63,834 nucleotides of DNA, filler included, from Platydemus manokwari (GCA_037951405.1; 6 parts of 6 records of this genome joined end to end with filler, not necessarily neighbours in it); one strand, 5' to 3'. Shown: positions 1 to 12,313, counted from the whole stretch's first letter. Notes: generated from the letters alone by a model not told the origin. Translations and numbers: made by a program.

Positions 1-344
1 GCAAATTGAGAAATATTCTCAATTTTTACAATTATTTTATAAAAATAACCAATGATATTATTAAACATATCTGTAATTAACTAACCCGATTTATAATTAT
101 AAAAATTTAAATTTAAAAACTCAAATAATTATATAAAAGTGTTGTGATTAGAATTGGAACTTGGTTTTAAAACTTGGTTTTTTTTTACTATTAGACATCT
201 TAAAAGATGAGATATTAATTGAATTATATGAATAAATCAAATGTGGCAGTTATATATATAAAATTAAGTTATAAAATGATCTGATGCGCGAAAATCCATT
301 ATAACGAAAGTAGGTCAAAAGACCCTTTTCCTTAACTTAATCCC
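1..344 (+). mobile_element. MITE family A copy 1 (PIF/Harbinger-like), 5' part outside the window
   Basis: Aligns by eye along its length with 30035-30367 and, inverted, with about 42760-43090. It ends ...ttaacttaatCCC followed by TTA. Confidence 0.75.
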
Positions 345-610
345 TTATTTTTATTATTATTTGGAGATTAAAGCAAATTATCACAAAAAATGCGCATTAC
401 CTTTGGTGGACGAATAAGCTTTCAGATTTTTCTTAAATATTTGTGGACTATTAAACAAGATTTGTTGAACGTTTATAACAATTATAGTCCATCAAATCAC
501 TGATATTCTCATATTCATACAAAAAATAATAAATATATTTGAATTAGAAGGAAAAAATGTTTCTCGGTGGGATTAAAGTTGTCAGTAACTTTCTGAATAT
601 TATATCATTT

Positions 611-844
611 GATCAGGTATAATGCGTGACATCAAATGATTTTAGTAAGACTGATAATGAATGAATATTCTAGGTTTTAATTAATTAATTAAATAGACAG
701 TTCGGTTTATCATTAAATTCTATTAATTTTGGACATTAATATCAGTTGATCAGATATAATATTTGACATCAAAAGATTTTACTACGACCGATAATGAATA
801 TTCTGGGTTTTCATTAATTAATTAAATAGAAAGTTCGGTTTATC
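611..844 (+). repeat. Diverged direct duplication of about 100 bp (611-711 and 748-844)
   Basis: Both units read gatcag.tataat...tgacatcaaa.gattt...gataatgaat...attct.ggttt...ttaattaattaaataga.agttcggtttatc. Confidence 0.8.
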
Positions 845-1127
845 GAAAAATTTCGTTTTGTGAAACATCACTGAAAAAATGTGATTAAATTTATTGGCTT
901 GATTGATAAGAGAAAGATAATTTTAAAAATATCTTGTTACAATTTAGTTCGTTTGTTATAAAGATAAATTGACAATTCTTGTTCGAGTCATGACAAAAAT
1001 AATTGTTCGTTAAAATTGAATCTAAAATATCTCTCATTGTTGGTATTTATATCTTAATTATTTTTATAATAAAATCGATTAATATCATTTTTGCTATTTT
1101 AACGGATGTGAGCTCGTCCTTATAAAT

Positions 1128-1437
1128 CAGAGGTTCTCAGCCACGGGGTCGTGTTTTATGATGCTGTTAAATAAATAGTTTGTGATGCTGATTAAACTAC
1201 TTCTGTTTACAATTACCTTGACTACTACAGTTAAGTATTTTATAGGTATAGTATTTATTATCTGATAACCTTATTATTATTATAGGTAATTACTTGTTGT
1301 AAATCAATGTAATGTAAATCAAATGATAACTAAATATCATTTTATTCTATATAGTACATATTATATAGATATTTAGTTATATTTAATAATATTGATTTTC
1401 TTTGGGGTCGCCAGAGAAAAAAGGTTGAGAACCGCTG
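1128..1437. mobile_element. hAT (Charlie-like) MITE, 310 bp
   Basis: TIRs are CAGAGGTTCTCAGCC and GGTTGAGAACCGCTG. A perfect 8-bp target-site duplication TTATAAAT lies at 1120-1127 and 1438-1445. Confidence 0.9.
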
Positions 1438-1634
1438 TTATAAATACATATATTAAAATCGAAATGAAAGTAAATATTGTGAAGGTGTAATTTACAATGG
1501 GACAGTGCATCAAAATATAAAAGTATTATATCCTAACACCTAGAAATATGATGAGATGCGAAAATGAATTGAATCCTCATACTTTTACTTTTATAATTAG
1601 ATAATAATGACAATATAAATCTATATTATTGAAC

Positions 1635-4600
1635 CTGTTCTCCAGCTTCCAATGATGTCACTTCAAATTCAATTCGTTTACTGGATGAAGATTTGACTGA
1701 AACATTGGTGTTATCGGTTTTTATTTTTTCAAGAAGACTGATTTTTGCCGTTGAATAATTTGATGGCGAGAGTGCATCTTCTAAAAATACCGACACCCTG
1801 ATTGAGGAACAATCAATTTACAATTATTAATGAAAATATCTGATTTACTGAATCGAATAGACATCTTTGGATTCATTGTTTGTGATGGCTATCTTGATAG
1901 GATAGCATTCATTGACAAGAATCGGTTTGGAATGTATTAGTTCTAATGAGAACTTTGACTGTCGAGAAGTCAATCTGGAAAAAATTTTAATTAGACTTAC
2001 AAATTTAAGAAAACAATATTGGAAAAGTGAATTTAATATTATTCTTAATGAAAGTGATGAGACTATCGATCGACTAGAGATATTCTAAAAGTAAATTCTC
2101 AAATAGAATATTAAAAATAATAATAAAATATAAGGCTTTTACATGGTCATTTACATATTTTTCGATAACATAAAAACAAAAACACTAAACTCTTGATTAG
2201 TAAAATGTATAGATAAATTATTAAAATAGCTTTTTTAAAAATATTTCAATCACAAAAAAAATTGATGAAAAATGTTAAAATTTTACTCGACAAATGGTGT
2301 TACCAAAATCGATGACCATGGTACAAGAGATCCAACGGGTCTGAATACATCTGGTTTTGAAGGTTTGAAAGTTTTCCTCAAATATTCTTCCATACTAATC
2401 GTCCATTGTAGATAAGCATGACAGTAATTCATATCATCACCCAGTAAGACAAAAACCTTATCAACCTAAATACAATTAAATTGATTGCGAAACAAGCTTC
2501 TTTATAAGAGTATATAATAAAAGTTAAATAAACAAAACAGTTACGACCATGGATATTTGTCCAGTCAATGTCTAAGTTTTTCATGCAATAATTGTGAAGA
2601 TCAGCCCATAAATTAGATCAAGTATCAATTGCGAGAAATAGAAATTATGGCTTTATGATTAGCCTTTAATTTTCCAAATGGACTTTTCCATTTAATTTAA
2701 CTTATGATGTAGAGAATAATGAATTAGATTGGATGTCTTACGAAAACTGAAAACATAATTTCTGCGATTAATACTGTCTGACAATCTGTTAGTTTTAGAA
2801 TGATTTAATGATATAGTTTCATAGATTTTTCCTAAATAGTTAGATACTCTATTTCATTGAAGAGGCAGTCACACTCATATCCAACTATTCTAGCGAAATC
2901 CACTCTCGTTTATTTATAATATAATAAAACGCATATATTCAGTAAAAAAAAACCCAATGAATAATTCGCAATGCGAAAAAAATAATCAATAAATTTATAA
3001 AGAATAAGATAACCCTAAAACAATCTTTTAAGTTTAGCTAATTATGAAACCACACAATTTGATAAAATATAAAAATAATAATCTGATATGAATCACAATT
3101 TTTGACATATTTTACAATGCCAACACATTGATTATGATATTTATCTATAACTGTCAAATATTAGAGAGAACCTTAATAATCATATTAATTATTTTTAAAT
3201 TAATTAATTAAAAAATAAATTTAAAGAAAAATCTTGAAATTAAAAAATGTTCTTCAAATCTCACTAACCCTGATGATGTGAGTTCCTTCATCGGCAATCG
3301 GTACAATGGTAAATTTGAATTCATTCACAACAAATGGTTCCAAATCAAATGGAAACTGATCGTTATCCACCAGTGAGCAACGCTCATTGTATCTCTGAAG
3401 AAGTTGATCATAAAAATAAAGACAAGTATTTAGCGAAAATAAATTACATTGTCCAGGAAGTTGATCTCGACTTTTTGTATTAGAAGAGATTTCTTTGCAG
3501 TACATCTGAAATAGGTGGTAATAATTATCGATCAGTGATTTTCATCCTTCCGAGCTTATAGAATATTATTAAATCATATTTAATCAAAACATTACAGTCA
3601 ATCTGAACGAAATAAATATTCACAAACAAAACAAGTTATGAAACACTATATTTGCAGTATTCTTCTTCCTAATCGCCACTCCTTCTAACCGCCTACATTT
3701 TTAGGAAATTCAAAAATTATAATAGAAAATTCCTAGTTGCCAGTTCTGTAAACCGCCACATTTTTAAAAAAATATTTTGAAGATTTATTTTCATTTTTGA
3801 CATAATAACGTTGTTTTAATATTAATTTTTGATGAAAACATCTTCAATAGATCTTATTTATGGCTAAACGAAAGTGTGTAAAGTTAACTGTTGTTGAAAA
3901 AATTGAAATTTTGAAGTACATTGAATTTTATCTTGTATATTCAGATAACAGAGGTTTTCTAAATTTTAAAAAGAACTTTTAAGAAGAACTATCAATGATA
4001 TCAGAAGAAACAAGGATTTTCTGATTCAAAATGCTGATCTTGTACACAAAAGGCGTTGGCGAATTCCGGTTTTAAAGCTTAATCTTTTAAACAAAGAATT
4101 GCCCGTATGGGTGCTATCATTACGGATAATATAACAAAATAAATGCAGTTCAAAATAGCTGATTTAAATGACATACAAGATTTTAAATCCTCAAATGGAT
4201 GGTTAAGAAGTTTTAAGGAAAGAAATTTGTTGAAGTTAAGAAATCTACACGGTGAATCACATGCCATGTCAACCATATTCCTCCTAACCGCCACTTCTGG
4301 GGAATTGGAAAAATGTGGCGGTTAAGAGGAGTGTGTATATAAGAAAAATAATGAGTGACGGTTAGGAAGAGAAATACTGATACACTTGAAGAATAAAAAC
4401 AAGTTGTTAGATTAAAAAATTACAGAACTGATAAAATCTCACCAAAATTCAAATTAATTAATTTTTGTTCATATAGATTTCTTGTTTTGGACTTGAATTA
4501 AAAAAATCAATCATTTCTTTCCCCATGTACGGTTTTGATAAATATTAGCAAAATAAATTAAGCAGTAAACAAATAAATCAAAAGAATGCGATTTATTCCA

Positions 4601-7021
4601 TGGGGATTGTTTCGACAGGAAATGATGAAACAAGATAACACAATCATCATTATCACAATTTGCTTTGAATAAAATTTGGAGGAAATAACGATATAATTCA
4701 ATTATAAATGGTTATTAATATCAAATTTCTATGATTTAGCGGATCAATATGAAATTGATTTTGAGATTTTAAAAGCTCATTGTGAATTAAAATCATTCTC
4801 AATATTATAAATTAAATAAATATCACTAAAATTAAATTTCAAAACAAATTTACCTAAGAAAAATGGAAAAGTTAAAGCATTTATCCACTGAATACTTCTC
4901 ACTTGGAAAAACTACTTTACAATCCACTGAAACCAATGAATAAAAATGAAAACATCAATCGGAATTATTCATTTCAAACTCACCACAACTGGCCAATTCA
5001 TTCATATTGATACAAAAATCATCCCTTTTCACTGTCAAAGTATCATATTCTGCCATGGTTTTCTTCCAAAGATCCAATCCTTTCGAAATCTGATGTTCAT
5101 CAAAACCATATTCCGGTTCCGGTATTACATTCTTGAAATGGAAATCGTAATTGACACGATAACAAAAATCAAAAAAAACCCTTACAGAAATAATCCTATT
5201 TAAATTATCTTGTATTCTAATCTTTTCTTCGACACTTAAATCAATTTCTAATGACCAAAACGTTAAGAAAAACACAATGTTTTTGTTGTTTTTTTTGCGA
5301 ATTTAAACAATAAAAAATCGATTTATTTTTTTTGTAAATTATTACATGAAATTAAATTCAAAAATATCAGATTTAAATTTTAAATAAAGGCTCTTCAGCA
5401 ATTGCTAATTTAATATTGAATTTAATATCAGTAATTCTTGCCCAATCTCGGATAATTGTGATTCCAACACGATCGGAATGGGGATTGTTGATGATTCGTT
5501 GTGTTTCTTGATGTTGATAAAACTCCAGACGTGTCTGTGGAGTACAGAGTGAACAATTTGCAATGAGAAATGCAAAGAAAAACGGACAAAAACAACAATG
5601 GTGCCAAAATCTTAGAAATCCATAGAAAATATGTTGACAACCATCACACATGAAACTGTAACAACTTGATGATCGTTTGTGACGCCATATATGCCAAGCA
5701 AATGATGGACATTCCATGTGAACATTGAAACAATGTTGTTGCCATTCATTGTGAGTCAAAAAGATATTCCCACATTGACATCGATGGACAGGAGCCAATC
5801 TACAAGCATTAAAATCGTGATGATTTATCAAATCATTCTTGTTTTCAAATGATTCACCACACTTCTTACACACTTCATTGATCATTTCAAATGGTTTCAA
5901 AGATTGATTAACAAGATTTTCGACATGATTTTCTACAATTTTTATTAATTTATTCATCAATTTATGAGGAAATATATCAGTGATTTCGTAGTACTCCAAA
6001 AGTATTTCTCGAAATTCTAATTTTAAATGTTGTAAAAAACTTATTTTTTCCTGAACAATTGCAGCCTTTTTAAAATTATCATTGGAAGTATATTGTTCGG
6101 ATCCATTTGGAAACAAGGGATACCATTGAATGATTTGGTCTATCCAAATTCCGGGTTTGGGATTCGTATTTAATCGATACATAATAAGTGGAGAATTAAT
6201 AGTTAACTTTTCAAAGTACAAACAATAGGTAGAATTGAAATACAAACGTCGAAACATCCGACGACCTTGAATAAGATTTCTCAAAATCTCATCGGTCAAT
6301 CCACAATAAGCGATCTCACTAAAATGCATAACCAGGTCAATATTGGAATATCGTTCTGGAGAAAGATTATTATCAACTTTTGCTTCAAAAGGTCTGGCAA
6401 AATCTTCGGCATTAGCCAACATTCTGAATCGAGCAGTTGTTAAATCTACAGCGCTCTTCCGTTCTAATTCATTAGATTTTTGAACTGACGAATTATTATT
6501 CGTAAACTTATTTGCGAAACATTGTTCTGAAATAAAATTTTTGCTCTCCCTTGATGTAATTTTTTCTTTCTTAATCGTGGAGTGAGAAAGAGGAATTTTT
6601 CTCATGTTACTGTATTTTCATCAAAATCATTATCATAATATTATTATTTTCTCTTTAAAATGAATTAAAAAATAATTTATATATTGATTAGAGTTATCGA
6701 TCGTAAAAATTCTGCATAAAAGGATACTTTTACCAATTAATTCTAGACTAATTGATACATAATCTGGCATTTTGGCAATAAGATATGTGCATCTGAAGAT
6801 AATGTTCAGTAAAATATTATCAAATGTAATTAAAACAAAAATATAAATGTGTAAAAATAAAAAATTAATTAACGAATATTGCTGATATGTAAGGAAAATA
6901 TAAATTTTGTATAGGGCAGATTAAAAAATAGATATTAGAACAAGTATTAAAAAAGGAAGACAATGATATGAATTGAAAATGCTATTAATAAATAATTTTA
7001 TTATAAACAATAATAATAATG

Positions 7022-7059
<38 letters not shown>

Positions 7060-7605
7060 GAACACCCAATAAAAGAAGGTTATAAATAAATATTTTAAAT
7101 AAAAGACAAATTAAGACAGAGTATCAACTATAAAAGAAAATACAAGTGCAATTGCTGACAATTTTTACTGGAGCAATATAGTTCGAAGCCATACAAAAAT
7201 ATAGAATATTGGATTTTAATGTGCTAATTTTAGACAAAATATCGTCACTATATGCTAATATTTGTGATTAGATCAATTGCCAGCGGGCGGTGTAGAAAAC
7301 TGAATGAGGAAATATAAAGAACAATTTAACGACGTGGAATTAGTAGCCGACCATTGTTGAAATATATTTTCTAAAATCGGTATCAAAAGTAATTCAATTC
7401 CGATATTGGATGTCACAAATAAATGTCCCATATTTTTATTTACCCTATATAAAATTATAAATTATTAGATTAAAGGCTGTTCATGGAAATGATTATTTTG
7501 ATTGCAATATATTAATAGATATACTTGAGGGAATTTAACAGAGCAGATGTGAGAAGAGCATACCATCGTTCAGACCGATAATCCATAAACACTTTATAAA
7601 AGCAC
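1635..7605 (-). CDS. TRAPPC11: Trafficking protein particle complex subunit 11 (foie gras/gryzun), internal part of a multi-exon gene
   Basis: Frame-compatible GT-AG exons: 7605-7525, 6792-6728 (or 6734), 5247-5186, 5131-4984, 4926-4854, 3505-3448, 3394-3269, 2465-2287, 1974-1849, 1797-1635; a further exon probably starts at 1532. The spliced peptide reads DYRSERWYALLTSALLNSLKCTYLIAKMPDYVSISLELI...EEKIRIQDNLNRII...PEPE...LW...VDCKVVF...RYNERC...SRQSKFSLELIHSKPILVNECYPIKIAITNNE...LEAGEQ. This is colinear with recalled vertebrate TRAPPC11 ([40 protein letters not shown]...[22 protein letters not shown]...LHPGEQ). The 5' and 3' ends were not resolved. Confidence 0.9.
3655..4379 (+). mobile_element. 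Tigger/pogo internal-deletion derivative
   Basis: About 26-bp TIRs (CAGTATTCTTCTTCCTAATCGCCACT vs rc CAGTATTTCTCTTCCTAACCGTCACT). Degraded CENP-B-type HTHs: MAKRKCVKLTVVEKIEILKYIE at 3860 and FKSSNGWLRSFKERNLLKLRNLHGES in ORF 4143-4325. No DDE domain. Confidence 0.88.
5373..6605 (-). CDS. Intronless 410-aa protein with atypical C2H2-like zinc fingers, nested in a TRAPPC11 intron
   Basis: A 1233-nt uninterrupted ORF in very AT-rich DNA. Motifs: CKKCGESFENKNDLINHH, CQCGNIFLTHNEWQQHCFNVH, CDGCQHIFYGFLRFWHHCCFC. AATAAA lies about 45 nt after the stop. The ORF sits between the TRAPPC11 exon ending 6728/6734 and the exon starting 5247. Confidence 0.8.
   Translation of the reverse strand: MRKIPLSHSTIKKEKITSRESKNFISEQCFANKFTNNNSSVQKSNELERKSAVDLTTARFRMLANAEDFARPFEAKVDNNLSPERYSNIDLVMHFSEIAYCGLTDEILRNLIQGRRMFRRLYFNSTYCLYFEKLTINSPLIMYRLNTNPKPGIWIDQIIQWYPLFPNGSEQYTSNDNFKKAAIVQEKISFLQHLKLEFREILLEYYEITDIFPHKLMNKLIKIVENHVENLVNQSLKPFEMINEVCKKCGESFENKNDLINHHDFNACRLAPVHRCQCGNIFLTHNEWQQHCFNVHMECPSFAWHIWRHKRSSSCYSFMCDGCQHIFYGFLRFWHHCCFCPFFFAFLIANCSLCTPQTRLEFYQHQETQRIINNPHSDRVGITIIRDWARITDIKFNIKLAIAEEPLFKI
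7009..7058. repeat. (AAT)n microsatellite
   Basis: Direct reading. Confidence 0.9.
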
Positions 7606-9036
7606 CTGAATAAAATTATTATTTATAAATATATAAATTCAATATTTCTAAAATGACAAAATTGTGACAAAATGTTATCACTTCATCGATCATAGAGGGT
7701 ATCAATTAAATATTATTATTTTATAGGAATACGTTGATTAAGAATCAAGAATAATATCACAACAGGTACCTACAACCCTGTTTTAAGTTAAAGTAAAGTA
7801 AAATCAAATGGTCGTTAGTTCTAACACCATTGATGGACCAAAGTTACTATCTGATACTGATGAGTAAAAAAACGATACAAATCGTTCTACCAGTGAACTA
7901 CTCAGAATATTCTCATAATCTTTTCAATTATTATTATTATTATTATTATTATTATAACTGATAGAATCATAGGTATTTCATTGAAGTAAACAATCAATTA
8001 ATTCAGATATTTACGATACAAATTTATCATAACAATTTCATGCATTTAATTTGAAACATTGACGGTTCTTGGACTGTTTTCACACTCTTGAAATGGTTTA
8101 TTTATTATCACGTGAATATTAATCATAATATCTACATAAATTTATATACAGCAATAATTAATAATATCCAAAATTACTGGTAATAATATATCCATATAAA
8201 TTGAAATATATTGATGATAATATTCTCGGTGAATTTTTAAAATTAGATTGAAAGAACTGATAATGGGTCAACTCAAATTAAGAAGCATAGCGCTTTATCT
8301 AATTGGGAGAGAAATGACAATATTTTTATCTAACGGCAGTAAAAGAAACATAATTTTCTGATCAGAATGAAATGTCATCAAAATATCATGAATATTTTTT
8401 TGACAAAATGTTTATAAATTTGTATCTTTCTCAAATAAATTAGGAGTTTTTGGTAAATTTTTAAGCGGTTACTTATCAAATTTAAAAACATTCATAAAAT
8501 TCGTTATCATTATTTTATTATTGTATATTGGAAGACTTAAACTCGAAGTTTGCGGTGCGTTTCGAGTGGACTTTACCGTGATTAAAAATGTTTAAATGAT
8601 CAAAAACTAATTACTGAAGAAAATTAGAAAAAAATAGCGAGAAAACTGTATTACCATTGTTATTCAGTATTCTACTAAAAAATATTTCGATTTTATGAAT
8701 TGATGAAGCACTTTGAATAGTTAAGAGTACAATATTGATAACCGATCATCAAACAAACCGTATAAATAATGAATCCAGTCGGATCTATTTACAACTAAAT
8801 ATGAATCAAATATGTAAATTGATAATTTTATCAGTCTTGTAAATATCACATGTATGATAGCTCACTCCGGTTTATACTGGAAATAAGAAGAAACGTGTTA
8901 TCGACAAACTTATGCGACAATAAATAATTTAAAGATTTTATTTTTATAAAAAATTCTTACTAGTTGCGAGGATTGGATTTATCATGGAAGTGATTAGGTA
9001 GCACATTTTCTGCGCAGCTTATTGGAAGTATAAGTT

Positions 9037-9136
9037 NNNNNNNNNNNNNNNNNNNNNNNNNNNNNNNNNNNNNNNNNNNNTTAATTAATTAANNNNNNNN
9101 NNNNNNNNNNNNNNNNNNNNNNNNNNNNNNNNNNNN
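9037..9136. other. Artificial contig spacer 44N-TTAATTAATTAA-44N
   Basis: The identical 100-nt spacer occurs five times in the window. TTAATTAATTAA gives stops in all six frames. Confidence 0.98.
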
Positions 9137-9846
9137 TATAATAATCATAATCATCATCATAGTGACTGTGAAATAATATAATTTACTAATAATATGTTCT
9201 ATTTTTAATATTTCATTTCAACCACTAATAGGCTGTCGCAATACTGTTTGTGATTGTAGCACCTCCATATTAGTCATAAACCATCTATCATGCTTTTAGT
9301 AAAAAAAAATGCATATCAAGTTTAATTAAAGAAAAATGCATGAGTGGTTCTGGATGTGTGGCTAAACACTTTCAATGTTTTGAAATAGTTTACAAAAATT
9401 CGAAATTATCACCAAATTGAACCATCGGGTACAAGTGCCGAATCATATATTTGAATTGTTAATTTTATAAATCAATTAAGTTTCTCAAATAATAATAATT
9501 ATATTATTATTATTAATAATAATAATTACATGTTCCACTGGGATTAGTTCATGTAAAAATCATATATTACATCAGAAACTTATTCGTAAATAAGTTTTTT
9601 TCTTCAAAGATATCCTTATATATTACATTCGGAAAAGATTTGATAATTAACACTGGAATATAGTTCGTTCTATTTTAGAATGATATTGAATTGAACTTGT
9701 CAGGCAATTTTTCGGATGATAAATATTATGAGAAAAATTATACAAAACAATCAATCGATTTACGTATGACTTCAGCACATATTTGAAATCGTAAAATACA
9801 TTTTATTATTTCACCATATAAAATCCAATGAAAACAAAAAACTCAC

Positions 9847-9892
9847 CATTAACACCTAGAAATATTATTGCGAACTGAATGCAGAGTTTCAT
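9847..9892 (-). CDS. Putative first coding exon (signal peptide) of an unidentified secreted or membrane protein
   Basis: ATG...MKLCIQFAIIFLGVN(G) is followed by a perfect GTGAGT donor in phase 1, typical of signal-peptide exons. Downstream exons were not resolved before the contig end. Confidence 0.45.
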
Positions 9893-11787
9893 TACGAAGC
9901 ACGAATTGGCCGAGAGAGAGTCAAAAATAATTATTGTAAAACTAATTAATAAATGGAAAATCCACTAATATTCATCGCATTTGATTGTAATACCCTCACT
10001 GCACAATTACTGAAGATACAATATAATGGTTTTGAAACGATCCAGCAGATTATTTAATAATTTGAAACAATAACTCAAGTTACGTTTTTGGTTGTACGGT
10101 ACGCAATACACACACGCACACAGAGAGAAAATTTTTTAAATTTTATCAGAACTCTAACTCATGATCAGCACCAAAATACTGTGTTATTTACACACTTTGC
10201 AATCAATAAATAACCATGCCTCTCGTTATAAATAAGATTGACAGCTTAAATTTGGGTGGTTGGTTTTTCATTGGATGTATTAACCAATCAAATATTAGCT
10301 CTGTTACATCATGATATTTTCATCATGTAATATTTAATTTTAATAAGTAAATCGTGCTTGAGAACGAAATCTTGCAATTGCAAAAGTCTGTGTATGTGTG
10401 CAGTGCAGCAGAGTGTGCGTGTGTTTGTGTGTGTGCGAATGCATTTGCATTTTTTGCCAACAATGAAACAATAGAAGACCTACTATCGTAGAGAAAAACA
10501 AATTATCAGATTTGCTTGTTTTGAAAATTGACAATTACTCTGCAAATATCAGATTGCGAATCACAATTGTAATATTTTAGTAAGACTGAAAATTATTTTT
10601 TGTATTTAAAGATTTATCAATAGAATTTTCGGCTATTGCAAAGCCATTGGATTCATGAAAAATAAATATTTTCCAATTCCTCCTGCTAATTGTTGGAATA
10701 AACTCATCAAACTTGACATTTTCGAATCACCATTCGCAACTTAATATCCCAATGAAATTATATAATAATTATTAACATTTATTTATCCATTGAAATGAAA
10801 TCATTGTTTATTTCTTTCTCTCTCGACAAAATAGCGATACAAATTCTCGTCTAATCAACCCGTATGGAGATCACAAGGGAATTTCGTCGGTATCTATCGA
10901 TTATCCATAATAAGTGAATGAGTCATGCTATGATAATTCAACCGTAAAACATATGGCACGTGATACCGAGTAATTAATGTTTCCACCAACTAATTATTGG
11001 GATCTGCTTTTGAAAGGGGAGTTGTTGAACTTGAGAGATGAGGTTACATTGTCGTATTGCATCGATATAAATTCAAAGTTACCAAAGCATGAGTAATGCG
11101 CCTGTATGATAAGACGTAGTGATTTGAGATTAATCTTTTTCTCACCTACTCACATATTTTCATTAATTTTCCTACTAATGACTCGATATGTGTATTTTTA
11201 TATTTGTATAATTTCAATAACGAAAACATTCTCACGGTCTCGGGATTTCTAGCTGAATAGTTAGCTGAATAATATCAAATATACCCGATTCTTCAATACA
11301 ATGCTTGCCATACCTATTAATATCAATATCGGAAATCATTGTATTTACAATGCCGATTTTTGGTCACATTTGAATGTTTTCAAAAGAAAAGAATTTTTTA
11401 CCAAACATTTTCAAATCAAATTCACGTAGAAAGAGTTTAATTGACGATAGAATCGATTGGAATTAAAATAATAATGAAAGGTTCGAGTTATACAAATCGA
11501 TATCAGATGAAAAGTTGACTTACAATAACAAATTGAAACGACGAGTTTATAATTAAATCTATAATATCACCTACAATTGTATTTTGATAAATCATCTGTC
11601 AGCATAACTTCCTGATTTGTAAATTAAAATACAGAATCTTACAAATCGAATAATTAAAATATTCACGGAATACAGTTGAAATGATTTAGTGTTTATCAAT
11701 AAATTTTTGTACTTTTTTTGTAATTATAATTGAGTGAGATTAAGAAAAATTTTAACTATTTTACAGAATATGTTATATATGTATATA

Positions 11788-12313
11788 CCGTGCGATTCAT
11801 AAGTCTCCGTCTCTAAACCCAATATAATTTATACTCACATATTTGTACTCATTGATATTAATTATTATTCAATGATTAATAAACTTTATTTCTTATTTCT
11901 TATTAATCAGTTCCATTATTATAATATGACGGAAGCAGCTGGTGATAAAAATTTTTGGCTTGCGGATAGAGTGTTTATAGTTAGCCATGCAATAGTGTAC
12001 CAGAGTCGTGCCAAAGCTTGCCACGAATTTCAACAACATTTTAATCGTGCACCACCAGCTAGGACAAAGTGCAATACTGGAAGCAAAGGTTTGAATAAAC
12101 TGGAAACTTATATACTAGGTTGATATCAAGAAGTCCGTCTGATGAAATCATGAAGGAAAAGGTGGTAAATTTTGTAAAACGGAATGGTGGCACAAATCAA
12201 CGAGAAACTGCACGATTATTTGTGACTTCACAAACTTCAGTTCACAGATATCTCAAAGAAGAAAAAATGTTTAGAAAAAAAATTTTAGAGATGGAGACTT
12301 ATGAATCGCACGG
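11788..12313 (+). mobile_element. Tc1/mariner deletion derivative (DUF4817-type HTH N-terminus)
   Basis: 30-bp TIRs CCGTGCGATTCATAAGTCTCC(G/A)TCTCTAAA with TA on the left flank. Frameshifted transposase N-terminus: DRVFIV...FQQHFNRAPP / YWKQRFE*TGNL / QRETARLFVTSQTSVHRYLK. No catalytic domain. Confidence 0.88.

Noticed and set aside
3254-3505. ORF-track proteins at 3254-3505 and 4955-5275 as standalone genes
   Set aside because: They are read-throughs of short introns between TRAPPC11 exons.
7150-7430. RT-like ILAYSDDIL and QQWSATNSTSLN motifs on the minus strand
   Set aside because: The motifs are in the wrong order and in different frames; too weak to call.
7845-7895. Hammerhead-like CTGATGA
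   Set aside because: GAAA is replaced by GATA and there are no convincing stems.
9081-9092. TTAATTAATTAA palindrome recurring about every 10 kb as a biological repeat
   Set aside because: It is always embedded in 44 N on each side, so it is an assembly linker.
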